From a virus, in the IMG/VR virus record IMGVR_UViG_3300050156_000143, positions 192,290-256,289 of that record: a DNA stretch of 64,000 nucleotides. One strand, written 5' to 3'. Every line of letters starts with the position of its first letter. Within the stretch, counting starts at the first letter, position 1. The notes under the pieces are model-generated. The model saw nothing but the letters and a program-made list of their open reading frames with translations, had not been told where the DNA came from and did no database searches. Below are positions 39,098 through 49,541 of the stretch, piece after piece. Both the position numbers and the translations under genes were made by a program.

Positions 39098-39547
39098 ATG
39101 ATGTCAAGATTCTATCGAAAAGATTGTTTGGATAACAATAAACAACACCATCTTTACAAGACTGTTCGCAAGATGGAATATCAGTTGTTGTGTGCTCGGG
39201 GTGATGTGTTACGAGCACGAAAAGACTTGCGACGACAACTGGAGGCAACATTGGAATGGCACAATCTGCTACAATCCAGCGACTTGACTGCCAACACACA
39301 GTTGCATATCACAAATAAACGCACGGAACTTGAAAGTTCTACCCGAGCGTTGGTCGAACAATTTGGTCAACTACTGGCTATGGTTAGTGATCTGATGAAC
39401 ACAAATCACCCGTCCGGGGCATTGTGTTGCCAAATCCGTTCTCTCACTAGTCCCATCAAAGTGCGAGAGGCCTATGATGAAAACATGATCCCAAAACGTG
39501 GGCGAACATTTACGGACATTTTGTTTTCACCCGGTTTCACCATTTAA
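39098..39547 (+). CDS. hypothetical protein
   Basis: GGAG SD. Confidence 0.5.
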   Translation: MMSRFYRKDCLDNNKQHHLYKTVRKMEYQLLCARGDVLRARKDLRRQLEATLEWHNLLQSSDLTANTQLHITNKRTELESSTRALVEQFGQLLAMVSDLMNTNHPSGALCCQIRSLTSPIKVREAYDENMIPKRGRTFTDILFSPGFTI

Positions 39548-40074
39548 TGAGAACCATCATGAAATTCATTGTTACTAAATCTGTGTGCGATAGTGAATCT
39601 GGCGCAGAATACGCCGATATGACGGTGGTTCACACGTTTGATACACGCGTAGAAGCAGAAGCATTTGCCACATCGATGAGAGAATTGGTAGAGCAACTAA
39701 GAAAACTGTCATGGGACTATGCGTCACTACTGCGAACCTGGCACAGCAAGCCGCAAATCTGGCTCGTTCACCCACCTTGTCCCATTCGCAATGGAGCACT
39801 CCGGTCACATCTAACGGATATTGAACGTGCCGAACACAATGCGTGGCTAGACAAAGTAGCTGCTGCCGAAAAGTCACAACAAAACGGCGCCCATGAGTGG
39901 GTAATATCTCAGTCACCGTTCTCCACATTGGAGCCAATTATGTTGCAGTTTTTCGGCAACAGTGGTGACGTGAAACACGCACTCGACGTAACCTTTCGTG
40001 TTACGGAACTAGACCCACCATCGACGTTAACGTTGGATGACATGTTGTATATGTTGAGGGACAATTATGCTTGA
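39547..40074 (+). CDS. hypothetical protein
   Basis: TAATG overlap. Confidence 0.5.
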   Translation: MRTIMKFIVTKSVCDSESGAEYADMTVVHTFDTRVEAEAFATSMRELVEQLRKLSWDYASLLRTWHSKPQIWLVHPPCPIRNGALRSHLTDIERAEHNAWLDKVAAAEKSQQNGAHEWVISQSPFSTLEPIMLQFFGNSGDVKHALDVTFRVTELDPPSTLTLDDMLYMLRDNYA

Positions 40075-40288
40075 AAATGAGGTGCAGTTGGTGATGCGGG
40101 TTGATTCATCCCAGACTGACAGTTGCGGATGCGATGAACGGGTAGTTAGCATCCATTCTGACTCATCCGTTGCCAACAGTTTGGTGGAATTTTATAACCA
40201 CAATTGCAAAACCCGTGGAATACATTTTTATGTCAAGGTGATGACATTTGATAAACAATTGTCTATGCGGCAAGCACTGGCCACTTGA
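40067..40288 (+). CDS. hypothetical protein
   Basis: GAGG SD. Confidence 0.45.
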   Translation: MLENEVQLVMRVDSSQTDSCGCDERVVSIHSDSSVANSLVEFYNHNCKTRGIHFYVKVMTFDKQLSMRQALAT

Positions 40289-40560
40289 AAGCTGTTGATA
40301 TGACAAAACAAGAATTGCTGTATCTTCGTGCAACGTTTAGTTGGGATTTTGGGCAGTTACTGTTCATAGAGACCCAGGTGGGGAATTTTGTCTGGTCTGA
40401 TCCAGACTACTATGGGGACAACACTATTCACCCCACCAGCATGTCTGCTGAACAATTTTGTCGTTATAGTGGCGTGCCATATTTGCGTCACAAGGGCAAA
40501 TCCACCGTTGCTGCAAAATGTGGCAACACTTTTATCTACATCGATGAGGAGTTTGTATGA
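40285..40560 (+). CDS. hypothetical protein
   Basis: FVWSDPDY.GDNTI motif. Confidence 0.5.
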   Translation: MKAVDMTKQELLYLRATFSWDFGQLLFIETQVGNFVWSDPDYYGDNTIHPTSMSAEQFCRYSGVPYLRHKGKSTVAAKCGNTFIYIDEEFV

Positions 40561-41084
40561 GTGTTATCCCGGCAGGTTACCGTATGTTGGTTGTGTCGTG
40601 GGAAAACGATGGCGATCATTATTTGACTCGTACCTTGGAAGGTTTGCGCAAAGATGAAGTCCATTTTTATCTAGATTTGTGCAAACTGTTTAAGTCAGAG
40701 AATCAAGTGAATGGGACGTTTGGGAATATGTATTGCCCATCAACCTATGAACGCGCTGAAGCAATAAACGCGATGTTCGAGGTCATGCGACAACACAAAA
40801 GTTGCGTTCCATCCGACTTATATGGCCACCTCATCGATCTCGGAAAAGACGACGATGAATTTGATCCGGTTGAACGAATCGCTGGTGCCTTGGATCACGA
40901 TGAAGACGGCCTAGTTCATGAATACAGCATGATCACCGAATGTGATAATTATGCGAGTGACATTGTATTCAAGTTGATTGGCACCAGTGAAGACTATGCC
41001 TACCGTGTGTTTGAACGAGCAACTGTGGAATATTGTCCCGTCCAAGTTGAACTCCAGGATGTAACACACGAGTTCATCAAGTAA
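40557..41084 (+). CDS. hypothetical phage protein
   Basis: IPAGY...SWENDGD.Y; GAGGAG SD. Confidence 0.6.
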   Translation: MSVIPAGYRMLVVSWENDGDHYLTRTLEGLRKDEVHFYLDLCKLFKSENQVNGTFGNMYCPSTYERAEAINAMFEVMRQHKSCVPSDLYGHLIDLGKDDDEFDPVERIAGALDHDEDGLVHEYSMITECDNYASDIVFKLIGTSEDYAYRVFERATVEYCPVQVELQDVTHEFIK

Positions 41085-41102
41085 TTGCATCTTAAATAGC
41101 GG

Positions 41103-41492
41103 ATGAAATATCGCTGCTATTCACTATACGACATAACCGTCACGGGGGTGAATAATAGGCGGCTACCGCCTCACATCCCAGCGGATCAACTTAGTGGGTG
41201 GTATCATTTGCGCAACACTCAATGCAATTTTGATACCATCGTTCAAGTGTTGGGGTTAAGAACCCAGGTTGAGGTGCTGGGTGATCCAATCAAACTGGAT
41301 TTTTCCATATTGGGAAACCCGTGTTGGTCAGTTTTGTTTCAAACTTATCACGAAGGGGTGTACGACACCGATGCTGGAAAATTGACAGCATTGTATTCAG
41401 ATTGCGAAAATGTTCCAATGTTAAAAACTCCGGAAACGGCACATTTAAGTGGATTTCTTTCAACTTCATCCATATTCTTTGAGGAAATATGA
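41103..41492 (+). CDS. conserved late hypothetical protein
   Basis: TAAATA-N4-ATG; DIT.TGV...RN.Q.NFDTI.Q..GLR.Q. Confidence 0.6.
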   Translation: MKYRCYSLYDITVTGVNNRRLPPHIPADQLSGWYHLRNTQCNFDTIVQVLGLRTQVEVLGDPIKLDFSILGNPCWSVLFQTYHEGVYDTDAGKLTALYSDCENVPMLKTPETAHLSGFLSTSSIFFEEI

Positions 41493-41803
41493 CTTTTCAT
41501 TACACTGAGACCGAAAACGGTACTGTACTGCGTGGGCACAATTTGGAAATTACCTTTTCCAACAAGCGGCTGGCTGACATTTGGGTCAATTTAACGAACT
41601 CTGGCAAATTTGCTGAGGCAGATTGTTTTCGCACAGTGGAACGACTGGTGACAGGGTACAAAAATGATGTGGCGATTCAGACATACTTACTAAACAAGAC
41701 CAATAAGTCTATTCATGAAATAAAGTTGGCAGAGTCTGAAAGCAAATACGAAATGAATAGAACACGGTTAGATCAACTAATCGCAAAATACCACCACAAC
41801 TAA
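41489..41803 (+). CDS. hypothetical protein
   Basis: GAGGA SD, ATGA overlap. Confidence 0.5.
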   Translation: MTFHYTETENGTVLRGHNLEITFSNKRLADIWVNLTNSGKFAEADCFRTVERLVTGYKNDVAIQTYLLNKTNKSIHEIKLAESESKYEMNRTRLDQLIAKYHHN

Positions 41804-41810
41804 ATACAAA

Positions 41811-42455
41811 ATGAAACTTACTGACATGAATTTACCCGCTAAACAAGCTGGGATAAAAACCTTGAGAGAAAATTTTGGAATGGAGTTTGATCCATCGCGC
41901 TTGTCCAAGTCGCAGACAAAGCGTTATTTGACTCAAATTGAGGGCATGATTTCAGAAGCCAAATCTACCCAATCTGTCAACCGTGAAACTAACCCGACTT
42001 ATCTGAAATTGAAGGTGATGGAATCGGTGTTATTGGCTCAATTGCGTGAGAAAATTAGTGAACCATATCCAGACATTATCATCGAATCTGATTCGCGTGA
42101 ATACATCGGAAAAGCACAAACGGTCATGGCCGTTCAAGATGTATTGGACGAATTGCAGGGCATGATCGTGGATATATCAGATATTACCGTGAAAAAACTG
42201 CCGTCCATCGTTGACACCGCAAAAATGCAAATTGGTGGCACCGAGAGTAACGAGTTCAATACGCAAGCCACTGCTGCGATGCGTACATTGGCTGATGCAC
42301 TAACCCAAGCAAAAAGTGATATGCAAGCTGCACTAGACGTCTTGACTGGACAATCACAGCCAGAATTTGATCTCCCCGATGAAGGCCCGGATGATGATTT
42401 TGAGGAACCAGGGCCACCGAAGATGACCAATCCATTGGGGCGAGGCCGCCGATAA
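41811..42455 (+). CDS. late helical protein (possible head/scaffold-associated)
   Basis: TAAATA-N4-ATG; acidic tail ending LGRGRR. Confidence 0.55.
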   Translation: MKLTDMNLPAKQAGIKTLRENFGMEFDPSRLSKSQTKRYLTQIEGMISEAKSTQSVNRETNPTYLKLKVMESVLLAQLREKISEPYPDIIIESDSREYIGKAQTVMAVQDVLDELQGMIVDISDITVKKLPSIVDTAKMQIGGTESNEFNTQATAAMRTLADALTQAKSDMQAALDVLTGQSQPEFDLPDEGPDDDFEEPGPPKMTNPLGRGRR

Positions 42456-42922
42456 TGCTGCTGCGTGAATTCATCGACAACGATCCGTTGAGGGTAAAAC
42501 TCATCGCAGTTGTTAGTCACATCAAGGCAAGAATCGAAGACACTGGTGCAGATGACACCATGAGCGTCGAATCTTTTTTACAACTGTTGCGCAAGCATGG
42601 AGTAGCAATCGACAAAACCGATTTACGCGATTTAGTTGAAAAGCCACCATTATCGAATATTGTTGGGTCGATTGATGACAACAATATCAGATTTTCTGAA
42701 AACGGTGAAGACACATTTGATGACTTGACTGACAATATGATGGGCATAAACGACGACGATGAACAAAACTTGGAAGAACCGGGTGAGGACACTTTGGACG
42801 ACCCGTTGAGCCAGGATTTGGACATCGATCAATCGCAATATGACCCATCTCAAACTGTCGGTGACTTCAACACCAAAACAGTGGATCAAATGGCCAAACG
42901 AGCGGTGAATAAACGAATTTGA
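42455..42922 (+). CDS. acidic hypothetical protein
   Basis: TAATG overlap; ends V..MAKRA. Confidence 0.55.
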   Translation: MLLREFIDNDPLRVKLIAVVSHIKARIEDTGADDTMSVESFLQLLRKHGVAIDKTDLRDLVEKPPLSNIVGSIDDNNIRFSENGEDTFDDLTDNMMGINDDDEQNLEEPGEDTLDDPLSQDLDIDQSQYDPSQTVGDFNTKTVDQMAKRAVNKRI

Positions 42923-43590
42923 ACTATCTGCCCAATACTTTCAAGTATGAGCCTCTAAGCCGCGAACCCATCAATGGTCAGCGGCTTTATCTTTTGCCTG
43001 ATGGCTCAAAACTCCCTTCCGTGACCACCATTTTAGACAAAACCAAATCACATGATGCCAAACGTAAATTAGAAAATTGGATTACCAAGGTGGGAACAGA
43101 TCAAGCAGATTGCATCAAACGTGATGCCAGCGATCGCGGAACCTTGATGCACCGTTATTTGGAACATTATGTCGAGCACGGTGTTATGTACGGTTGCGAC
43201 CTTAGCCACAAAATGGCCGAAACAATTGTTCAGAATGGATTTCACCAGATAAGCACTGTGTTTGGACAAGAAGTTCCATTATATTTTCCAGGAATATATG
43301 CGGGAACATCGGACTTGGTGTGTGAGCATGACGGTGAAATCATCATCGGAGACTATAAACAGTCAAATAAACCAAAGAAGCGAGAATGGATTGGCGACTA
43401 TTTTATGCAAATTGCTGCATACGCTGAAGCCCACAACGAAATACATGGCACGAACATATCTCGCGGGGTAATATTTATGTGTACCCCATCGTTGGAATAT
43501 CAAGAATTCATCTTGGAAGGTCGCGGCTTCATCAAATTCAGGAACATGTGGTGGGATAGAGTTACCCGGTACTACCAGAATTTTGCCTAA
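42919..43590 (+). CDS. PD-(D/E)xK exonuclease (RecB/Cas4-like fold)
   Basis: PSVTTIL, RGT.MH..LE, YAGTSD, IGDYKQS, Q..AY. Confidence 0.8.
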   Translation: MNYLPNTFKYEPLSREPINGQRLYLLPDGSKLPSVTTILDKTKSHDAKRKLENWITKVGTDQADCIKRDASDRGTLMHRYLEHYVEHGVMYGCDLSHKMAETIVQNGFHQISTVFGQEVPLYFPGIYAGTSDLVCEHDGEIIIGDYKQSNKPKKREWIGDYFMQIAAYAEAHNEIHGTNISRGVIFMCTPSLEYQEFILEGRGFIKFRNMWWDRVTRYYQNFA

Positions 43591-43609
43591 ATAATCCACA
43601 GGAATTATT

Positions 43610-45748
43610 ATGGCCATTGTACAGATTTCAAGAATTCAGCATCGAACTGGGGAGCAAGCCTCGTTGCCACAATTGGCAGTCGGGGAAATAGGGTTTGCCA
43701 CCGACACCCAGCGTGTTTTTATTGGGGATGATTTGAGTTTGCACCCACCGGGGTCTGAGCCAGGCAACACAGAGATTTTGACAGAACATTCTGGGGTGGC
43801 TTTTAGTCAAATTGCTGGAAGTGACAACGACCTATCAATCTCCGACCCAGAAGATGGGCAGATTTTGGCATATGACGCAGCAGACTCGCTATGGAAAAAT
43901 CAAGGCGGAACTGCAACTGGAAATATACACTTAGGCAATATCGCAAATGTGAAATTACTGGGTGGAACGGGCGGAATGATTCCGACCACTGATGGTGATG
44001 GTAATTTATCGTTTACCACAAAAGGTTATGTCGTGAACGATATAACCAATATATCAATCGGTGCTTCCACGGTGGTCACCACGGTGAGAGACCATTTTAT
44101 GTTGAATGGCTCTCCCATAACTTTTAGTAATATTGGCGGTGTGGTCGCCACTGGTGATTTGGTAGTCGGCACTGGCACTATCACTACGTCAACCTCCAGC
44201 GCGATTGTGGTTGGGTCGGGAACTTCATTTAGCTCTGACCTGATAGCAAAAACGCTAGTCAATTCGTCGAACACCATCATCGGGATCGTGGTGGCAGTCA
44301 CTGACGCAACACACTTAACGTTAGCGTCCTACGCCTCTTTGGTGGTGTCTGGGGGGGCATTCAAAACCGCACCTTCCACTTTGAATGGCAATTCATATTA
44401 CGCCAAGGTGGAAACCAACAACACGTTTGCGATCTACTCTGATAGTGGGTTATCTATACCTTTTGACAGCACTGGCACGTTGAGTTATTTCAGTGGTGGC
44501 AGAGTGGTAGCAAACGTGTTACCAAACAGTTCTGGCACCAGTGCTGGCGGAACTGATAAGCAAGTACAGTTCAATCAAAGTGGAGTTTTGGCAGGTGCGT
44601 CTGGCTTCTCGTACTCCACCTCCGCACAAACACTTTCTGCCCCCAAATTTTCAGGAAACGGTGCTGCCATCACTGGCGTACAGGCAACCAATTTGGTTGG
44701 CACTGTTCCCGCTGCAAGATTGTCAGGTACTTATGCCATCAACATCAATGGAAACGCAACCAACGCGAATGCGGTTTCCTTGACCAACACAGATGAAGTC
44801 AATTTGGGTTATGGGTATAGTGGCGGATCGTTGCAGGTGAATTACCGGGGTGCCAATGGAGCCATCACAGAGTACGGGTTTTTCAATGGGTTAAACAGTG
44901 GCACTTACGCTAACATCAGAGCGTTAACTTTCACTGGGTCTGGTTCGGGGCTAACCAATCTTCCTGCCACGAGTTTAACCGGAACAATCAATTCCGCAAG
45001 ACTGTCTGGCACATACACGATTAACATATCAGGTAGTGCAACAACTGCTGGATCATCCACCACTGCCACCACGGCTGGCACAGTGACCACCGCAGCTCAA
45101 CCTAATATCACGTCTGTTGGGACATTATCCAGTTTAACGGTTGGTGGCTCGGTAAGTGCATCATCTTTTGCTGGAAATGGAGCCAATCTGACGAATATCA
45201 CTGGCGTAAATGTGGTGGGCGCAGTTCCACTAGCAAGTCAATTGGCATCAAATCGCACCATAAATGGAGTAGTGTTTAACAATACTGCCAACATAGATGT
45301 AACCGATTCCACCAAGGTGGCGAAAACGGGTGATTCCATGAGTGGGTTTTTGACGTTGTTGTCGTCAAATCCAACCGCAAATTACCACGCCGTACCAAAA
45401 ATATACAGTGACTCCACATTGGTTTCAGCAATTGCAGCAATAAAAGCAAACACCGCATTCAGTGCAACGTCGCCAGGTTACGTGAAGTTGCCATCATGGC
45501 TTGGAGGATTCATCGTACAATGGGGAACCGTGACTGACACCTATATTGGCACTAAACAATATTTTCCGCTACCATACACGTCCGGGGTGTATTCTTTCAT
45601 GACGTCAAATACCACCGCACAAGGGGGCGGGGTCGATAACGCATATGGATATTCGGATGGGCTAGATGGATTTAGAGTTGGCACTAAAGGCAACAATGGA
45701 GACATCGATTCAAACTACCCAGTGACATGGTTAGCAATCGGTGTTTAA
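43610..45748 (+). CDS. tail fibre / baseplate-associated fibre protein
   Basis: TAAATA 43588; G/S/T-rich; repeats F.G.G..LT...RLSGTY.INI.G.AT; C-terminal GYVKLP...IVQWG fibre-tip motif. Confidence 0.7.
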   Translation: MAIVQISRIQHRTGEQASLPQLAVGEIGFATDTQRVFIGDDLSLHPPGSEPGNTEILTEHSGVAFSQIAGSDNDLSISDPEDGQILAYDAADSLWKNQGGTATGNIHLGNIANVKLLGGTGGMIPTTDGDGNLSFTTKGYVVNDITNISIGASTVVTTVRDHFMLNGSPITFSNIGGVVATGDLVVGTGTITTSTSSAIVVGSGTSFSSDLIAKTLVNSSNTIIGIVVAVTDATHLTLASYASLVVSGGAFKTAPSTLNGNSYYAKVETNNTFAIYSDSGLSIPFDSTGTLSYFSGGRVVANVLPNSSGTSAGGTDKQVQFNQSGVLAGASGFSYSTSAQTLSAPKFSGNGAAITGVQATNLVGTVPAARLSGTYAININGNATNANAVSLTNTDEVNLGYGYSGGSLQVNYRGANGAITEYGFFNGLNSGTYANIRALTFTGSGSGLTNLPATSLTGTINSARLSGTYTINISGSATTAGSSTTATTAGTVTTAAQPNITSVGTLSSLTVGGSVSASSFAGNGANLTNITGVNVVGAVPLASQLASNRTINGVVFNNTANIDVTDSTKVAKTGDSMSGFLTLLSSNPTANYHAVPKIYSDSTLVSAIAAIKANTAFSATSPGYVKLPSWLGGFIVQWGTVTDTYIGTKQYFPLPYTSGVYSFMTSNTTAQGGGVDNAYGYSDGLDGFRVGTKGNNGDIDSNYPVTWLAIGV

Positions 45749-45812
45749 AGTGCGATTCCCTAAATACCCATGATCGCATTCGTTGCGTGACCTAGAACGT
45801 CAGGAGAATATT

Positions 45813-46235
45813 ATGGGTCGTCCGTTAAAAATCGCAAAAGCTGGAACCATCGATTATGGGTACAGTAACGTATATGGTGTAGTTGGTGGAGATACTGGGT
45901 TAACCTCGGCCACCATTCAATGTCGTGTCAAAATTGGAAGCAAGTCTGAAGCAAATGGGTTTATCGTGAAGCAAAAGGGTAAACGCAAATTTTTGGTCAG
46001 TGATGGCACCAACACTGGGGTGTGTTTGCTGTCAGATTTGGCAAACTCTGCATTGACCGCTGACACCATGACAGTGACCGCCACATTGGTGGACACTTCT
46101 ACTGTGCGCTTGGCGCATTTCACCAACACGCATGGCACCGATTTCTCAAATGTGCGTTATATTCTGACTTTCGGTGTTGCAAGTGCTGCCCCAGCAGGTT
46201 CTGGCTACGCTGTTGCAACCGTGACGTCAGCATAA
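45813..46235 (+). CDS. putative virion structural protein
   Basis: TAAATA 45761, AGGAG SD; MGRPLK...GFIVKQKGKRKFLV. Confidence 0.6.
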   Translation: MGRPLKIAKAGTIDYGYSNVYGVVGGDTGLTSATIQCRVKIGSKSEANGFIVKQKGKRKFLVSDGTNTGVCLLSDLANSALTADTMTVTATLVDTSTVRLAHFTNTHGTDFSNVRYILTFGVASAAPAGSGYAVATVTSA

Positions 46236-46634
46236 TGAAACGAGTGCAGCCATCTTGGTCTGCACGGTTTCTAGGTTTAGCGTAGAAAACAAACCTGGAT
46301 GCAATGGGGATGGATATACATCATGTTGCATCCAACAATACGCACAGTGTTCATTGTTCAATTTGGGCACAAATTCCGCGTCTACTGGGTGAAATAAGGT
46401 GTGGTACGTGAAGTCAGAATTGGTAAATTTTTGTATGGGGATAAGTTTGCCCTCTAATTTTATCCCAAGTTCTTCGTTACATTCCCGCTTGATCGCATCC
46501 GATAGTGTTTCACCTTGTTCAAATTTGCCCCCAGGGATGCCCCAAGTGCCAGCAGTGCGAGCTTCAGTACGCATCACATAAAGTATGCGTTTAGTCTGCT
46601 TTGAAAAGATAAAAACACCCACCGAAACTCTCAT
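46227..46634 (-). CDS. NUDIX hydrolase
   Basis: Nudix box GGKFEQGETLSDAIKRECNEELG. Confidence 0.9.
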   Translation of the reverse strand: MRVSVGVFIFSKQTKRILYVMRTEARTAGTWGIPGGKFEQGETLSDAIKRECNEELGIKLEGKLIPIQKFTNSDFTYHTLFHPVDAEFVPKLNNEHCAYCWMQHDVYPSPLHPGLFSTLNLETVQTKMAALVSLC

Positions 46635-47974
46635 AGCACAATACTATAGCTCCCCTCTGGATAATATCCCTCCCACGCTTTAGTCCATTCACTGTTATAG
46701 TAACGGTATTGAACACCTGATGTAAGGTTGGTGACATATTGCGCAGACGTTGCAGCCACACTATCGAAGGCCACGCTCCAAGCTGAACCATTGTATTGAA
46801 TAACATCATTCACGTTGGCTAAAATATTTCCCCAAACCGGGTTTTCGCCCATGTCGCTCAAAATGAGATACCGCTGTCCTGTAACTGGTGCTGGAAGACC
46901 ATGTCCTGGCCATTTGACCATAGGATCAATTATCATATTGATCGCCGTCAATGTGTTTTGTGGCAGAGTGTCGGTGTCTATCGTGTAAGTCAATAGTCGC
47001 TCGTCCGCATCATCAAAATCTATAGTTCCAACGATCTCACTCCCAGTGTGTGGATTTTCTATCCAAATTTGCGAAATACCGGGACGAACCACTCCATACT
47101 CGATCAATACCTGACGCCAATCCACGTTAGAATTATTTTGGGATGGCAAGTCCAACGATTCGGCAGTTGGCATCTGTTGTGGTATTAACTGTAGACTATC
47201 TCCCAATAACAATATTTTATACCCATATGGAGTAATCTTTTGGCGAGTGCCCAACAGCAAATCATCGTCTTGCATATCAGAGAAAGTATTTCCATCGAAA
47301 ATACTAGCCACGATCTTGTGAATAATTCCCAGCTTTTTCAATTTTGCTGGTGACGATATCCAAATCGGCATATAAAATTTCCATGACATGATGTCGATAT
47401 TATTGCCGTTACCTTGTGGAATCGATCTGGAAGTATAGGTTATCCCGTCTTGATAAACCACAGACAATGAAGTCCAGTCAAAGTAATTATCGGAAGACTG
47501 TATTTCCAAGCTGGGGTTAAACAGGACACCAAGTTGTTCGATTAGTTGGAGTTTTTGCTCCGTGTTTGAAGTCCAAATATCCACTGAAATTCTCAGTGTA
47601 TACGGCACAGGCATGATTCGTTCTAACGTGAACGCATCACCCTGAGCTTGCTCATATTCTCCAGTGATGGAATTGTATTTGCGTTGACGTATTGTTTTCA
47701 CATCTACGAAATACGGGTCTTGTGTGCGTTTTTGATCATATTCCAGCCCATTGATGTAATAGGTAATCATTGGGGCCGAGTTCATGGATGAGGCAGAATT
47801 GTTATTCAACGCTGCTAAACCTTGGCGAGAAACGTCGCTATATTGTACCGGAACCCTGACTAAAATGTCATTGCCAGCTTGGTCAACGCCCTTGACCACT
47901 TGCCAATTAGAAAATATTTTGGCAAATTGAATCAAAAATCTGCGAATTTGCTTGTCGTAAAAAAATGCTGCCAT
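46631..47974 (-). CDS. tail completion / sheath stabiliser (T4 gp15-like)
   Basis: FFYD.QIRR...QF, VPV.Y, MPVPY.L...DIWT.N..QKLQL.EQ...FNP. Confidence 0.7.
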   Translation of the reverse strand: MAAFFYDKQIRRFLIQFAKIFSNWQVVKGVDQAGNDILVRVPVQYSDVSRQGLAALNNNSASSMNSAPMITYYINGLEYDQKRTQDPYFVDVKTIRQRKYNSITGEYEQAQGDAFTLERIMPVPYTLRISVDIWTSNTEQKLQLIEQLGVLFNPSLEIQSSDNYFDWTSLSVVYQDGITYTSRSIPQGNGNNIDIMSWKFYMPIWISSPAKLKKLGIIHKIVASIFDGNTFSDMQDDDLLLGTRQKITPYGYKILLLGDSLQLIPQQMPTAESLDLPSQNNSNVDWRQVLIEYGVVRPGISQIWIENPHTGSEIVGTIDFDDADERLLTYTIDTDTLPQNTLTAINMIIDPMVKWPGHGLPAPVTGQRYLILSDMGENPVWGNILANVNDVIQYNGSAWSVAFDSVAATSAQYVTNLTSGVQYRYYNSEWTKAWEGYYPEGSYSIVL

Positions 47975-47975
47975 A

Positions 47976-49505
47976 TTAGTCTGGTTGAATCTTTAACAAT
48001 GTTGAAAGCGCTTGTCTTTCGGGAATAACTCCGTTTTGTGTGGTTATGGTGGTAGTAGTGTTGATAAAAGTTGATCGCAATGAGGTATCATCCACCGTGA
48101 ATCCAGTTGACGTTCTAATGTCATCCGACTTTGCTACCCACCGTTTTCCATCAAACATGAACAATCTAGCGGGCTTATAATCAGTTCTTACAAACCAGGT
48201 GCCACGTGGTTGATTATCGGGAAATGATGTTCCAGTATCGGCCACCACACCATTCGGGGCGTCTATTGAAGAAGTCATATAGCCATATAATTCACCAAAT
48301 CCTTCTGCATTTGCTGTGCTCATTACATACGCAAACCGTGGATCAACCGTGGGGTCAGTCGTTGTAAAATTGCTTGACGCGGTTCCAATCACGGTGGACA
48401 ACACGCAACTTTCACCAGCAGTTCTGCCAGAGTTCCCTATCACTTCGGGTGGAATTTCACACAACTCTAACCGCAAAATTTGCGACGGTGATATCACTAT
48501 TTGGTCGTATTGAGACAACGATGCGGCAGAAATTCTGATCACTGCACTGGGCGAATAGGTGCTACTGGTGATAATATCCAATCTGCCAGCGATCTGAACC
48601 GGAGTTGGAGTTTGATATAAAGGAGTCCCAGCAGTTTCACTTGGCACAAGGTACAATTGAGTGCGATCGTAACCCGACCTCGGAACATCATTGATGGCTT
48701 GCTCAATGAGTGCATCATTGATTTTAATGTTGTTATTATAGGTTGAAAGGATATCAGTTAAAGACAAGGTAGTATCTAATTGCCAATAATCAGTATCAGT
48801 CACCGGAGTATTTGCTGGAACATTCTGGGTTGCAATATAGGTCTTATCACCGTAGGTCACTGTGTATCCAGGCCGATAAGTCAAGGTGCTATCCCATTGG
48901 CCCAGATAGTTATCTTGTTGAACTGGTTTATTCAAAATGGTAGAAAACTCTTGCACGTCACTGAGCGGTTCACATTTGATTCTCCATAAATGTGGATACC
49001 ACGTTGACGAAAACCCTTCTGAAGCATAGTTTCCATCAGTGACATGGTAATATCGTCTAAGTCCAATCGGGATTTCCTCATTCAATGGATGATAATCGGT
49101 CAAGTGCGGCAGTTCGATGACGTCACCGACCATCAATTTCCTACCAAGATGGTCAAGCATGTTGTTATAATGCACTGTGATGAAGATGACGTCATTGGTC
49201 AAAAACAATCCAAACTGCGACATATCAAAGTCGAGGTTTTGCACATTGTAGTGACCACGGATTACATAAACGTCGTTATCATATTTTCTATTCCTGTTTT
49301 CTAGGAAGAGAAGATCGCCAACGTTTGTTGGTTTAAGATCGTCATAGGTGGGCTGAGTGGCATCAGTTGTGGTGGAAGTCACTGGCCCAAGATACTTATG
49401 CACGAACAAATCAGTCCCGCCCACAATGAATTGCTCTTTGACTGTACGGTCAATAAAGCGGTAATCATTGGATTTTTGTTGGCGGTATAGTGAAAGTCTT
49501 GGCAT
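47976..49505 (-). CDS. head closure / neck protein (gp14-like) with inserted CBM5/12-like module
   Basis: TAAATA-N4-ATG; FGLFL..D..FIT.H, GDVIELPH; W....TY.PG..VTY....Y.A. Confidence 0.6.
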   Translation of the reverse strand: MPRLSLYRQQKSNDYRFIDRTVKEQFIVGGTDLFVHKYLGPVTSTTTDATQPTYDDLKPTNVGDLLFLENRNRKYDNDVYVIRGHYNVQNLDFDMSQFGLFLTNDVIFITVHYNNMLDHLGRKLMVGDVIELPHLTDYHPLNEEIPIGLRRYYHVTDGNYASEGFSSTWYPHLWRIKCEPLSDVQEFSTILNKPVQQDNYLGQWDSTLTYRPGYTVTYGDKTYIATQNVPANTPVTDTDYWQLDTTLSLTDILSTYNNNIKINDALIEQAINDVPRSGYDRTQLYLVPSETAGTPLYQTPTPVQIAGRLDIITSSTYSPSAVIRISAASLSQYDQIVISPSQILRLELCEIPPEVIGNSGRTAGESCVLSTVIGTASSNFTTTDPTVDPRFAYVMSTANAEGFGELYGYMTSSIDAPNGVVADTGTSFPDNQPRGTWFVRTDYKPARLFMFDGKRWVAKSDDIRTSTGFTVDDTSLRSTFINTTTTITTQNGVIPERQALSTLLKIQPD

Positions 49506-49541
49506 ATCCTATTTAGGTATATGAGTTTTAAGGATTGAGTA

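Noticed and set aside
42919..43590. Cas4 or CRISPR system
   Set aside because: No repeat-spacer array or other cas genes, and no Cas4 Fe-S cysteines; ordinary phage PD-(D/E)xK exonuclease.
44640..45230. Internal repeats in the fibre gene as a DGR target or shufflon
   Set aside because: Repeats are degenerate protein-level fibre repeats; no reverse transcriptase, template repeat or invertase in the window.
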